Below are positions 12,904-25,090 of a stretch of DNA of 64,000 nt, piece by piece; positions within the stretch are counted from its first letter, which is position 1; every line of letters begins with the position of its first letter. Source of the DNA: Eutreptiella sp. 'Long Island Sound 2002' (lineage: Eukaryota; Protista; Euglenida); assembly GCA_964036045.1 (NCBI GenBank), contig OZ038378.1, positions 108,686,001 to 108,750,000 on the forward strand, in the 5' to 3' direction. The translations under genes and the position numbers were made by a program. The notes below the pieces were generated by a model, which ran no database searches, was not told where the DNA came from, and saw nothing but the letters and a program-made list of their open reading frames with translations.

Positions 12904-15070
12904 ATTTTTCATTTGGATGGCTTTAGTGATTAGTGATCTAACACTATTAGCATCACAGGAAAATTTGGGGAAAAGCTGACGTAAAATCTGCGGAAGCTGC
13001 AGAAGCGGCAGGCAGAAGCGAAATCAGCGCAATCAGCGGCAGCGCGATCAGTGGAATCAGTTTCCCGACTCAGGGTCAGCTTGAGGATGACGGTGTTGGG
13101 GGGTCAGGGGTCCACACAACATCACAAGTTTAATGCTTGGTTTTATGGGTCAAAATGCTTTGTCACCCCTTTTGGATCGGCCAATACTAAGATAAAAATG
13201 TAGTATGCCTTTACGCATCTCTAAAACAATTAAATCCTACCTTTCGGCAGGGAAACACACTTTATCATACAGGGCGGATGCGGCACAGGAGGATGGTCCA
13301 GATGATCCTGACCTCCGTTACTGCACACACTATGGGACGCCAGTTGTCCGGGTTGGCCCAGTCCCTTTTTTTGTAGACAGGGCGGACACCGTTTGCCCAG
13401 TCTGGTGGCAGGTGGGTCTGCCCCGTGACGAAGTCCCTGAGGTGGTGGGCGAGGAGCTGGTAGTACGCCTCTGCAGGGTGTTGCCGGAGAGTGTTGATGG
13501 CCCTCCCGACTCCGTGGATGGTGAAGGGGCGTTTCTCTAGTTGCCTCCACTGGGCGTGGTTGAAGACCTGAGGGAGGCAGTCGATTTTGTTTTTGGTGTC
13601 CGTGTCCAGTCTTTCTTGGGTTGGGGTGTGTTGGTGGAGGAAGCCGTCTTGGTCGGCTTGGCGCACAGTGGCCCGGTCGTTGGTGAGGGAGCCATCCGAC
13701 CGCCTGACCGTGGTGATGGTGCGGTGGCCGGTGTCGGTCACCGCGTTGTTGAGGTGGCGGATGGCTTTGAAGAGAGTTCATGTTGCGCATACCGCTCGTG
13801 CTCTCGGGCGATGCGCGCTGCGGGGGTGGCAGGAGGAGTTCGCACGGGGGGGGGGGCGCCTGGCGCCTTCTGGAGGGGCATCTTGGGTTAGGCGCCCACA
13901 CTCCCCCGGCTGTCTGTCCTTTGGGCAGGTAGTCAGGGCCCGCTGCCCACATACTGTGGGTGCGGCTGTGCAGGAATGGGGACCTGGCACTGGCCCCTGG
14001 TCTGGCATGCCCTGCTGCGCGTTGCGCGTCGGGAGGGTGCCCTGAGGGTTTCGTCTTGCCAAAATTAGGGGCGTTGGGGTTTAGGTGCTCTCCCTCTCCC
14101 GACTACCCGTCCCTGGAGAACGTAGCCGGGGTCCATTGCCCGTGTCTCGTGGGCGCAGATGGTGTGTGTATGAGGGCCCAGCACCTGCCCCATAGCGCAC
14201 GCTCTTGCGAGCTGGCGTTGCGCGCTGCGTGGCTGGCAGGATGACTTCCCCGTGGGGGGGGCGCCTGGCGCCTTCTGGACGGGCGTCTGGCGTTAGGCCC
14301 CCACACTCCCCCGGCTGTCCGTCCTTGGGGCAGGCAATCGGGGCCCGCTGCCCACATACTGTGGGTGCGGCTATGCAGGAATGGGGACCTTGCACTGGCC
14401 CCTTGGCTTGCATGCCCTGCTGGGCGTTGCGCGCCGTGAAGGTGGCGGGAGGATGCTAGGGGGGGGCTCCTCACGTCGCTGTGACGGGCGTCTGGGCTTA
14501 GGCACTATCTCTCTCCCGACTACCTGTCCCTGGAGCAGGTAGCTGGGACCCGTTGCCCATGTCTCGTGGGCGCGCAAGATGTGGTTATGAGGGCCGAGGA
14601 CGCCTGCATAGCGCACGCTCCTGCGAGCTAGCCTTGCACGCTGTAGGGGTGGCAGGAGGACTTCCCCATCAAGAGCACCTCGTGCCTCCATGAGGGGCGT
14701 CTGGGGTTAGGTGCTCACCATCCCCCGGCTGCCTGTCCCTGTGGCAGGCAGTTGGGCCCCGCTGCCCAAACACTGTTGGTGCAGACGTGCAGCCTGGGGA
14801 CCTGGCACTGGCCCTTTGGCTGGCATGCCGTGCTGGGCAGTGCACGCCGCGAGGTTGGCACCAGGCGGCCCAGGGGGGTCGCTCCCGCCGTTGGAAGGGG
14901 CGTCTGGGGTTAAACGCTCCCCCTCCCCCAGCTGCCTGTCCTTGTTGCAGGCAGTAGGGACCCGCTGCCGACATACTCTGGCTGCCGGTTGCAGGCCTGG
15001 GCACCTGGCACTGGCCCTTTGGCTGGCATGCCCTGCTGGGCGGTGCACGCCGCGAGGTGGGCACGCGTCT
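12904..15070 (-). repeat. Composite repeat copy 2 (tail, RT fragment 13265-13741, GC-rich tandem array)
   Basis: High identity to 8523-9690; ORF 13265..13741 contains KKRDWANPDNWRPIVCAV. Confidence 0.85.
13800..15070. repeat. GC-rich tandem array, ~200-bp unit, about 6 degenerate copies
   Basis: Anchor ggg(c/a/t)cc(g/a)(c/t)tgcc recurs at ~13935, 14128, 14341, 14545, 14755 and 14958. Confidence 0.75.
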
Positions 15071-15109
15071 GCCCGGGGGTGTCCCTCTCGCTTTTGCGAG
15101 GGGCGTCTG

Positions 15110-16340
15110 GCGTTAGGCGCTCTAACTCTTCCGGCGCCCTTTCTTTCGTGTGGCCAGCCGGGTGTTGGTGTTGATATGGTGCCCGTGGTGCCTGTGTGCC
15201 TGTGTGGGTGCGTTGTGGTGCTGTGTGTGCCGCGGTGCTGTGTTGCGGTTTGCCCTCTCCTCTACTCCCCTTTCCCTGTCTCTTCCGTTCTCAACTACCT
15301 GTTCTTCAGGCAGGCAGCTGGGTGTGGATGTGCGTGCGGTGCCCGTGGTGCCCCCCTCCTTTCGAGTCCGGCGCGTGCCGCCCTTGTGCTTCCGCTACTC
15401 TATTGACGTGGCATACTCTTTCTTCTCTGTTCTTGCCATTTGGCGCTACTCTCTTCGGTCTCCACCCTGTGTTCTACTCATTGCATTTGGCGGGCGCCGA
15501 AGAGTAGGCGCTGTTTATCCTTTCCTCTATCCCTGCTGGCTCGGGCCGGCCCTCCTCCCTTCCACACATTTTGCCCTGTCCCGGTCCTGTGTGGGTATGT
15601 CTTTTTGTTTTCCTTCGCTCCTCCGTGGACCTGTAGGACAACATGGGGGTGCATGGCGTGGGCCGTTGCAGCATTGGTGTTCAGTTTCTCATTGCGGGGT
15701 CTGATGGTGTTACTGATTTTTTGTGATTATGTGGCGGCGGCGGCCGCATCGCACCCCCGTTCTCTGATCTGTGGAGAGGGTTCCAGGGGCTGGGGAGTCC
15801 TGGCTTAGTTGACGGTGCGGCGGTGCGGCGGTGCGGTTGCGCCCCGTTGTTTGTGGCAATTTTTTGTTCCTTTGTTCGTGCCTGCTTGCGGTTCAGCCCT
15901 ACGGTGACGGTTGTGCGCTGCATGGCATACTTCTTTGCCTTATGTGTGTGTGTCCGGATACCTGGTGTGGTCTGTGGTAGACGTCTTCTTCTCCTCTCCC
16001 CTCCGTCTGCTTGACGGTGTACCCTGTAGCGGGGAGTAGTAGGGTGGCGTGGAGTCACGCATATGTTTGTGCGCGGGGCCACTTGCGGGCAGGTTGTCTT
16101 GCGCTCTTGTGTTGGTGCTTGGATTCCCCACTCGTCCATACCATGCGACTGTCATGCCCTGTGTGTGTGGTGCCTAGGTGCTGTCCTTTTTGGTCAGGCG
16201 TTGTGTGTCCTATGTGTTTCCGGTTTGCTCATGTGCGGTTTTTTGCACTCGGTGACGCTGGTTGGCCGTGCAGTCCTCCGCGGTAGTGGCAACCTAAGGA
16301 GTGTGCGAGTAGGTGGGAAGGCGGGGCGGGTTGGTGCGTT
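15110..16340. repeat. Dispersed repeat copy 1 (~1.2 kb, GT-rich on +), possibly the 5' region of a LINE-related element on the minus strand
   Basis: Alignable by eye with 21340-22383 (about 80%, one ~190-bp indel). Confidence 0.75.
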
Positions 16341-16344
16341 GCAA

Positions 16345-16655
16345 CTGCCTTATTATGCCACACTACATGGCGCTCAGCTATGCCTGGACAGTCGTTTGCT
16401 GAGGCGTTCCGTGAAAGTCTGCTTTCCAGGCTTGTAAAGAATAAACGGCAGAACAGGGGTGCAGTGACCATTGGCGTCGTTGACGAGCTTTACCATCTAA
16501 TCTCTATCCGAAAAGGATGTCAAAGGGTTAATGTGTACAAAATCCCCAATTCCTTTGTCAATTCCGTGCGTCAGCGCCTGGGCGCTTACTTGAATGCAGA
16601 GTGTGTGTACCTGCCCTGGCTTAGGTGGTGCCCAGAGCCTACTTGTGCAATCTAG
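16345..16655 (+). pseudogene. Gene B (putative transposase) C-terminal fragment, divergent subfamily
   Basis: MPGQSFAEAFRESLLSRLVKNKRQNRGAVT..RVNVYKIPNSFVNSVRQRL aligns with LP(C/G)QAH*EEFGEGLLSKLVRDKAKNTGSVT..RVDVQNVPKNLVHRMQQRL at 28104-28330. Confidence 0.7.
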
Positions 16656-16948
16656 GCAAATTGGCCAAGCAGGGCTGGACCCAGCCTTGCACCATCTCTT
16701 CTAATTCCAAAGAGGTCTAACCATTACAAACAAGTCCTTCTGTCCGTATTGTTAGTGCTGAGCCAGCAGGGGCCGCTTAATTCTGGTTTCAAGAGAAAAT
16801 TGTCAGAGCTGGTTCCCCAGCGTACTGTGTTGGAGGAGCAGAGAGAGAGTGACACGATGCGAAACGTTCGGAGAAGATTGGGGAGCATGCAGTGATGTGC
16901 GAGGCCTCACGCAAACAGCGTGCAACAACAGGTTCTTACAGCACCTCT

Positions 16949-16970
16949 CTTGCGCGAGGCCTCGCGCAAG
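16949..16970. promoter_or_regulatory. Perfect 22-bp palindrome CTTGCGCGAGGCCTCGCGCAAG, upstream of gene A, paired with a degenerate copy 55 bp upstream
   Basis: Sequence read directly; regulatory function is inferred. Confidence 0.5.
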
Positions 16971-17462
16971 GTTGTTAGTAAAAAAAAAGTTGCAGTACCT
17001 CTCAGTTTGGCATTCCGAACAATACTGTACCCATTTTCCCTAAAACCGCCTCATATCTTGATTCTGCTGTTTGTTTTACACCTTTTTTATTGCTTCGTTT
17101 CTTGCAAAACAGGCCTTCTTCTTATGGCAGAATGGCGAGTCCAGCCAACAAAACAGGTGAGGAACGGGAGTATATCAGCTATGACGCTGAAGAAGAGGAA
17201 TCGGAAACTGGAACACCGAAGAAGGGGCGGAAGAAGAAGGAAAAACCAGATCTTGGCCTGACGATGCGTAGAGACATCGAGGACTTCCTTCAGATAGATG
17301 GGAAGCAAGCTCAGACTGAGCTGAACAAGATGAGAATCGACCAGGAGAGGGCGAAAGGACAGATTAGACGAAAAGATCCAAAATCACTGCTGAACCGTAT
17401 AGAGTCAATTGAAGCAGAACCAGCAACAGGCCCCATGCAGGTCGTTCTCTTGGAAGACAACA

Positions 17463-17535
17463 GTATGTTTCCAACTGAGTGTTCGTCATTCTCATTGCGC
17501 GAGGCCTCGCACATGCACCTCTCCTTCATTCTCAG
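17463..17535 (+). other. Gene A intron 1 (73 nt, phase 1), contains palindrome
   Basis: GTATGT...TTCTCAG; removal restores alignment with the other subfamily. Confidence 0.75.
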
Positions 17536-17895
17536 ATGGCGATCATTGGTGTGTATCTGGACAGCACAGCGTGAAAGCAGCAGTACTGAAGTTTCGGAAA
17601 AAGCGACGGACGGCATGTCTACATTTGCAGAAGTTGCATACCACATGCATGGCCGATTTTCTGAGACTAGATACACCGTGGGCCTTCCGTGCAAAACTGG
17701 GGGGCCCAAGGATGCACACCGGACTTTGAACGGTTACCACTGTGGGAGGCGGAGAATAACCTTAATCCCTGTGACAAAGATCAGCGACGGCAAGATATAC
17801 CTGACACATATAACAATCTCAAGATTGCCATTACAGATGCTGTGCAGATGAGTGCCCTTTTTCCAACCGCTTAGCTGAAGCAGCAGTGTCAATTT

Positions 17896-17965
17896 GTATG
17901 TTCATTTAGCGTCAATTCGACTCTGCCCGTTGTGCGAGCCCCGCACATGACCTTGTTCTTTGCAG
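17896..17965 (+). other. Gene A intron 2 (70 nt, phase 0), degenerate palindrome
   Basis: GTATGT...CTTTGCAG; same position as 26797-26868. Confidence 0.75.
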
Positions 17966-18263
17966 GGCAAAACGTATAAATTGTGCAAGGACTTCATGCC
18001 ATTTGCGGTTTATGCTGGTCCGGATGCTGTGAAAGGTTTGTAACGGTTGCATAAGAAAGGAGAAAGAGTGTCGAAGAACGCGCTAAAGAAGCTGGAGGGT
18101 ATCATCTTTCCGGAGTTCTAAATCAAAGTAGCAGCCGAGATGCAGGACGAACGAACGACCCTCCAGTCGTTGCAGAAATCCATTGACACCATCATCATCA
18201 AACACTGGGTCATGATGCACCTGGACCACCCACAAAACATCCAGTACGCTCGACCTGCAAAAG

Positions 18264-18337
18264 GTGTGTATAACTGACAAGGCCTGGGTTGTGGTTCCAC
18301 ACGGCTGTGTAACTCCTTCACCTTTTGTGTTTCGTAG
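18264..18337 (+). other. Gene A intron 3 (74 nt, phase 1)
   Basis: GTGTGT...TTCGTAG; same position as 26420-26492. Confidence 0.7.
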
Positions 18338-18996
18338 CCAAAGACAAGCGCACCCGCGCAGAGGTTGCAGCACTCGGGAAGCCTGCCTTGAAAGTGAGTT
18401 CTGCTACATGGGGCTATTGGCGGGTACCTGAAGGCAAGGGTTGCGGTCCATGGCCGGTGTGGAAGTCAATGTTGCGCAAATCACTGTGGCGGGAGGCAGA
18501 GAAAGCTAAGCCCGTTAGCCCGCAAATCATAAATGTCCGAAGACGCCTCGGCACAGAGGTCGCCAAGACCCGTGTGGTCCCCGCAGGATCCAATGGTCAC
18601 AAATCAGATTATCACAGTTAGGGCAGCCCAAATTGCAACTCTGGTGAAGGAACCCCCGAAGCGGTTCTTGGAGATCGACAAGACGCTGATTATCATCAAG
18701 GGCGACATATTTGAACATCTTGCCCCCAAGGCCAAGTCCCCGACCTCGTTGTATGAAGAAATGGCGCGTGCCGACACACTCATCTGCGGATCTCAAACTG
18801 TCGTTGACAATATGTACGAAGTTCTGGACAGGAAGACTCGGTGGCGCCTCAATGATGATTTCACCGCACCACGCATTGGGAACATGTTGCGTATTCCATC
18901 TTTAGTTGGCCAACCAAAGACAAGCCAGCCGGCGATCCTACTTTGTTCAACGTTGGCTGATTGCTGATTGCGTCGCTTGATAGCTGGAGCAGAAAG

Positions 18997-19063
18997 GTAT
19001 GATGTCATTGTCGAGTCCTCTCTTTGCGCGAGGCCTCGCGCAATAATAGTTCTCTCTTCGCAG
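18997..19063 (+). other. Gene A intron 4 (67 nt, phase 0), perfect 20-bp palindrome at 19024-19043
   Basis: GTATGA...TTCGCAG; same position as 25629-25714. Confidence 0.75.
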
Positions 19064-19789
19064 ATTCTGAATTATCTGACGCTCGGCCCCACCCAAGTAC
19101 AGGAGGTGGCAAACACAGAATTTTGCGGGCCGCTTCTAATAGCGCATATCATGTGGTATTTGGATACTCACCTGCATCACCTGAAGTGGAGGCCGGGCTC
19201 CACGGCTGCTTTTGTGTTCATCAATCATCGACCAGACCTGGCGTGGAGATTGCGTCCATCGAGCCTGATTCTCGCATGTACCTTCTTGTTGTGTCCACTG
19301 ACAGTGCCGCTGATTGGGTCAACAGAGTGCCAGAGTCAGCTAAACCACGTCTTGACACAAGAGGCAAAGCTGGACGAGTCTGGTGATTGGGATCAGCAAG
19401 CGAACTGGACAAACCGTGGTATTACCCTTTTGGTCCGGATGAGGAGTACAGTTCGATGCGTGCGAGCTGAAGGAGGAAGAGATCCTTCAGAAGTGTCAAG
19501 CTGCAGCTGCACAGGCCCCTGCAGCAAAGTGGAAGTTAACTGGGGAGGAACCTACCCCAAGGGAGAAGACGACTGCTTCTAAGCCCCAGGGAGCGAAATT
19601 GGTAAGCGGTGAAGATACTGACGAGAGCGATGCAGATTAGGAAGAGGACATTGAAGAAGAAGAGGAGGAGGAACCGCAAGTCTCCCAAAGCAAGACAGCA
19701 AAGAAACCGGCGGTGAAACCAGGGTCCGAGAAGCGCCGGGCTCCATTTAAACAGCCAGCTGGGGGGGGTATGTGCCCAGGCTGGGAGAG

Positions 19790-21340
19790 CCATGGCTTAC
19801 GGGGGCGGCGGGGGTTCGTCTTCTGCTCTGGTTGCTACGTGCTGGTACAGCTTGGTGGCGCGAGGGGTAGTGGCCCGCTTCGGGAAGGCCGCAGTCATCT
19901 TATGGGCGGGAGTCCTGCGGTGCACTGGGGGGGGGGGGAGGGGGGGGTGCGGCAGAGTATCATACACCGTGGTGTGCTTCAACTGCTCGTTCCCGGCTGC
20001 TTCCGAAGAATCCCGCGGGCCTTTTGGCCCGGAGCGGCGTCAGGGGCCTGATGATTATGAGTGGTGAGGGGTGGCGGCCTGGGCCAATCCTTCGCCAACT
20101 AGGGGCGGCATTTCCGGGCGGTGTGCGTGAGGGGTCCGAGGAAGCTGGGGGGTTAGTGGGTCTCGGGTCAAAAGGGGCCCGCGTTGCTGAGCCGACCTGA
20201 AGGTCTTGCCCCGCCAGCAACTTCCACAGCGACCCGGAGGTACACCCCTCGGTTTGTCTACTGCTGCTCCGGCCCACCATTGCCTGGGCCGCGTATCGCC
20301 GGCGCGCTGGCCAGGGTCCGGTGTTGTGATCCAGGGGCAGCGCCTCTTTCACGCACGTCCCGACGCTCAGAGAGCTGGGGGGGGCATGTGCTCAGGTTCG
20401 GGGGGTCAAAGCTTGCGGGGGGGAGCACCGCGGGTCACAGGCTCGCTCAAGCTCAGTTGATGGTACGCCCCCCCCCCTCCCTGTGTTCGGCGTCAGGGAT
20501 CCAGGGGGCGGTTCATGGGGTGCTAGGCGATTGCCGCTGGTAGACGCCCGGCTGGCCATCTCCAATCCCCGTGGGAAGCGCCGTCACCCGTGCTTCTGCT
20601 TTTGCAGTGGCTGCGGCTGCAGTGGCGGCGGGTTCCTCGGGCGGTAGCACCAGTGCATGAGGGCGGCATGCAGGGCATGAGCAGCGAGACATTGGCCTCC
20701 GCGTCGGTGACGCGGAGCACCCGCCCCTGCTCTGGGAAGGCCGGCCAGCCCGGCTCCCGGTCTGGCCATCCCCCCTAGTCGGGGGCTGAATGACCCTTAT
20801 GTGGTCCTGCTGGGCCAGGGAACCCCCTGGGGGCACCTCATCGTTCCCCTCGTTCGCCGGAGGAGCACGGCGTCGAACAGCCGGGGACCTTGCCTCCCTT
20901 TGGGGAAGGCGGCCCTGGGCGCCGGGGACCCTTTCGGCAGATACCGCTTGGGGGGGCTCACGTGGGTGTGGCCGGGCTTGGTGTGGGCGCGGTACTTGGC
21001 TTCCTCTCTGCTCTCCTTCGCCGCCATAGCGGCACCTTGCAGCCGGGCCGGTGAAGCGTCTTGGGCCCTTGTAGGGCCGGTCCCACGCTGCGCCTTGACT
21101 GGCTTGGGTGTCAGCAGCGGTCCCACGTGGCCGGTCTGGCGGCGCGTCTGGGGCAGGTAGCGGCCTGGGTTGCAGGAGAGGCTTCCTCACCCAGCGCCTG
21201 CTCAGGGGCCGGCGGCTCAGGGTAGCTTGGGGCCACTTGGGGCTACCCGGTTGGCGGCGCAACCGGAACCGCGGGCTCCGCCAGCCTCCGCCCCTCCCGC
21301 TCTGCGGGGGTTTCCCCTGCGCATCTGGGGGAGACGAGGT
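19790..21340. other. Very GC-rich segment of unknown origin that truncates gene A and abuts dispersed repeat copy 2
   Basis: Abrupt compositional shift; no recognisable protein motif in the overlapping ORFs. Confidence 0.35.
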
Positions 21341-22383
21341 GAAGCGCTCTCCCTCTTCCGGCTGCCCGTCTTTCCAGGCGGCTGGCTGGGTGTTGGTGTG
21401 GGTATCTTGCTCGTGATGCCCGTGTGCCTCTGTGGGTGCGTTGTTGTGCTGTGTGTGCGCAGTGACGTGTTACGGTCTGCCCTTTCCTCTACTCCCCTTT
21501 CCCTGTCTCCAAGTATCCGTCCTTGGGGCGGGCAGCTCGGTGTGGGTGTGGGTGCCGTGCCCGTGGTGCCCCCCTCCTCTTGTATCCGGCGCGTGCCGCC
21601 CTTGTGCTCCCGCTACTCTATTGACGTGGCCCACCCTTCAATCTTCGTTCTTGCGGTTTGCCATTACTCTGTTCTGTCTCTACTGTGGTCTACTCGCTGC
21701 ATTTGGCGGGTGCCCAAGAGTAGGCGCTGTTTCCCCCTTCCTCTATCCCTGCTGGCTGGGCCGGCCCTCCTCCCTTGTGGGCATTTTCCCCTGTCCCAGT
21801 CTTGTGTGGCTATGTCTTTCGGTTTTCCTCCGCTCCTCCCAGGATCTGTAGGACAACATGGGGAGGCAAGGTGTGGGCCGATGCGGGCGTGGTGTTCGAG
21901 TGCGACTTGCAAGGTGTGCTATCCATTGCGCGGTCGGAAGTTGTTACGATTATTCGTGATTACGTGGCGGCGGCAGCGGCGTCCCATCCAACTTCTCTGA
22001 CCTGCGGAGAGGGTGTGAGGGGGTGGGGAGTTGTGGGTTTCCTGTTGGTGCGTCAGTAGGGCGGTGCGGTTGCTGCCCGTCGTTTGTGGCACTTTTTCTG
22101 TGGTTTGTACTCGCCTGCTTGCCGTTCCGCCATACGGTGACAGTTATGCGCTGCATCGCATACCTCTTTGCCTTGTGTGTGTGTGTGTTGGCATACCCGG
22201 TGTGGTCTGGCGCAAACTTCTTGTTCTCCTCTCTACTCCCTCTGCTTGACAGTGTACCCTGTCGTGGGGAGTAGTAAGGAGGCGTGTTCTCGATGACGGT
22301 GGTTGGCCGTGCTGTCCTCCGCGGTACTGGCGACCTAAAGAGTGTGCAAGTAGGTGGGGAGGGAAGGCGGCTTGGCATGTTGC
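21340..22383. repeat. Dispersed repeat copy 2
   Basis: Direct-orientation homolog of 15110-16340. Confidence 0.75.
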
Positions 22384-23499
22384 TTGTGTGTTTTCATCGG
22401 CGGCGGCGGTTGCCGTACCTTGCGCTGCTTGTACTACAACGCTGGTCAGCATGCCTCTTGCTCATCTTGTGCTCACTGGGCTTGTTGTGTGTGTGTTTGG
22501 TTGCGCTGGAGTGCTCTCTGGTGTGCTGTCGTTCCCTCCTCTCATTTGCGTGTGTGTGTCCCTCATACCATATTATTTTCCGCTGCGTTGATTGCCTAGA
22601 AAGTGGATGGGGGATGTACGGCGGTGGCTTGGCTCTTGTGGCGTTTATTTGGTTCGGGGGCTAGTTGGTGGTTCCCTTGTGTGGCATGTGTCCCTTTGGG
22701 CGGTGGCATGGTTTGGTTACATACGTTGTTTTCCCTTGCCGCGGCATGTACGTGCATGCACCGGTATACTTCTTGGTCGCTTGGTGCTCCTGGGCTCGTT
22801 GCTCCTGCGTGTGTTAGGTCGTGTGGTGTGTTGTTTGTGTTCTTATGCGTTGTGTCTTTTGCTTTGTGCCCCTTGTTCCCTTGTTGCTTTCACACTTTGT
22901 CTCATGGCATCCGCTTACTATAAGTGCGGGGAATGCGCGGGCAGCGGTGGGCGTGCTCTCTTGGTTACGTTGTTGTGCTTGTGTTGTTGGACTTTTTGCC
23001 TTGTCGCATTGTTCGTCTATCCAGCCCATTAGTAGTGCTTCAATGATCCTTGCCTTCACATTCTGTTTATGACGACGGGTCCATCTCCCTTACAACAACA
23101 ATGGGCGAACCACAGGCAAAAGATAGACAATTACCGCGCAGGAGGGAGCTCGTGGGATTGCAGTGGCTTTGGCAATACTCGTCTTAGCCTTATGTGCAGT
23201 GCTCAAAACCTCCGTCAATAATGATTTGTACCTTCCTTTTGCGCCACGTATTCGGATACATAAATTCATGAGCAGATTTTCAAAGTACAGTGCTGTCAAC
23301 AAATTTGCAATTTCATGCATTTGGACTGACCTTTTCTTCAATGAAGCGTGCCTCAAGATTTGGTCTCACGGGGTAATCTGTGATGCGCACGGTGCACAAT
23401 TTCAGCGCTGTGTCTTCCGTAGCATCTAGATATTTCAAAAAAAGGATTGAGAGTTCTAAACTTTCATATTTCAATCACTAATCTAACAGTTCTTTGAAT

Positions 23500-25090
23500 G
23501 CCAGCATTAATCGCAGTCATCGGCTACCTTAGCCCACGCAAACTGCACCCCCTTTTGGAAGGAGCGGACGCAAAAAGTTGCTACCGAAGAAGCTATTTTT
23601 TTCGGAAATTTACAACACCTATGAATCAGACAACACCAAACAAATGATTTTCCACCCACTTTGCTGGTTTCTTCAACATTTTGTTTGGGAAAATAAATGT
23701 TTATTTTAATGGATTTGAAGGTTGGTATTGCCAATATTGTTGTATTTGTGTTTCAAAATCCCACATGCACGTGCATTTTCAAAAGCTCAATTTCCAAATT
23801 GTAATTTTGTGGAGCACCAGTAGTAACACAGGTTTTCCTGCGAGAATGAATTGCTTTTTTCTGTCACTCAGTGCGCCAGGGCTCGCGCACTGAAGGCCGT
23901 GGAATCAATTGTGGACAGAAGGCAACAAACACAGGACAGAAAATGCAGTACATGCAAACACTGAACCAAAAGCTCCCTAATGATGTACAAGGCCTTAAGG
24001 GCATATAAATGCATTGGCATCGAAGGCGCTTGTGCGAGACCTTGCGCACACATGACTGCAAAAAGGGGAAAAACATCTGCCTTAAGTTTGACTTACTTCT
24101 TCTTCTGTGGTGCCACCTTGGCCAACCTGGCATTCAGGTTCCTTGTCACTGAACCTCCCCCACCCGGGGAGGCAACGATACCACAGGATAACTGACCACC
24201 AGAACGCGATGGTGGCTTGAATTATGCAGTTCCACTCGCAGCAGTCTTCGCTTTCTTCTTTGGCTACTCCATACCCGCATCATCGGGACTTGCATCAAAG
24301 TGAGAGGCCGGCGCCCGCTTTCGCTGCTATTGGGTCTCCAGTACTTGATCCAGATTCTCATCTTCCTGCTCCTCGTCGCCAACCTCATCGTCTGTTTCTT
24401 CCGCCTTGTCCGATTCCTTTCCTTCTTCTTTTGCATGCTTCTTGCTACTTGAGGGGTTCCTTTGCCTGCTGCAGTACCCCAGGTTGGTGCATCTTGGGCA
24501 GTCTCCTTCAGCTTGGGCAGGATAGGTTGAGGCTTAGGCGCAGTAAACTCACTGTCGTCAACGGGGGCCTCAAACACAATCTGTTCTTGGGTGGCTTCTG
24601 CAGCATGCACCCTCTGGTGCCCTTCGTGACCTCCATTGCTGTCCAAAACCCAGAGTGGAATGCCACGCAAAAGCCACTCTTCTTGAGTATCCCAAGTTGC
24701 AGCTGTCACTCCCTGCCTCGTCTGATCGGCTTCCAACATGTACGGCAGGATGATGGCATCCTGCACAGCACCTCCTACAGCATAGTAGTAATATCCTTGG
24801 TGTGAGAGGCATCAGCGCAGCAATAGTTTTTTCCATAACTATCAGTTTTCGGTCTGATATTATGGTTGAACCAGGGCGTAGCAGGCCATTCTGTAGGTAA
24901 GTTAGAATAGGCTGCAACACCCGAAAAGTGTGTGTAACAACAAACTTGTGGGCGTGCCAAACATCGGAAACTACAGGTAGGTACCGCAGGTAGGCACGCA
25001 TGTTCCATCGTTGGATCTTTGCCCCATACAACAGTTTTAGTATCCTGTAGTTTGGGTTTTCATCGGCCACCAGCGGTACAGGTTGGTGCA
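23500..25090 (-). mobile_element. Internally deleted derivative of the two-gene element (partial; gene B middle fused to gene A tail)
   Basis: About 80% similar to 30700-32210; same deletion junction at ~24781-24798; palindromes at 23868 and 24031. Confidence 0.7.

Larger units (their letters stand above)
17132..19790 (+). pseudogene. Gene A (four introns): ParB/Srx-like N-terminal domain, unknown middle, acidic/basic tail; subfamily 1
   Basis: After splicing, the protein aligns block by block with the minus-strand gene at 25.1-27.6 kb (KNALKKLEG/RNAFKKLEG; PWPVWK/PWPE*K; EPPKRF..IKGDIF/EPPRARF..VKADLF; LNYLT/QNYLT; WDQQANWTNRGI/WDTQEEWPLRGI). Several premature stops. Confidence 0.75.

Noticed and set aside
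8523-14050. Direct repeats flanking RT-RNase H read as an LTR or DIRS retrotransposon
   Set aside because: The inner segment has its own poly(A) tail and TSD and a LINE-type RT. It is an insertion into the first repeat copy.
11215-18130. Non-standard genetic code (TAA/TAG = Gln) suggested by several in-frame TAA codons
   Set aside because: TGA stops also interrupt ORFs at Arg/Trp positions, LINE-B ORF2 ends in TAA before its 3' UTR, and frameshifts co-occur. Pseudogene decay explains the pattern.
18680-19300. Gene A middle and C-terminal part as a beta-class DNA methyltransferase (ParB-MTase fusion); IIIKGDIF and VVVVDEMPAMAASIA are vaguely reminiscent
   Set aside because: No DPPY/NPPY or FxGxG motif in either subfamily. 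Only a profile or structure search could rescue the idea.
19792-23072. Many overlapping ORFs in GC-rich and GT-rich sequence
   Set aside because: Low-complexity shadow ORFs on both strands with no recognisable domains.
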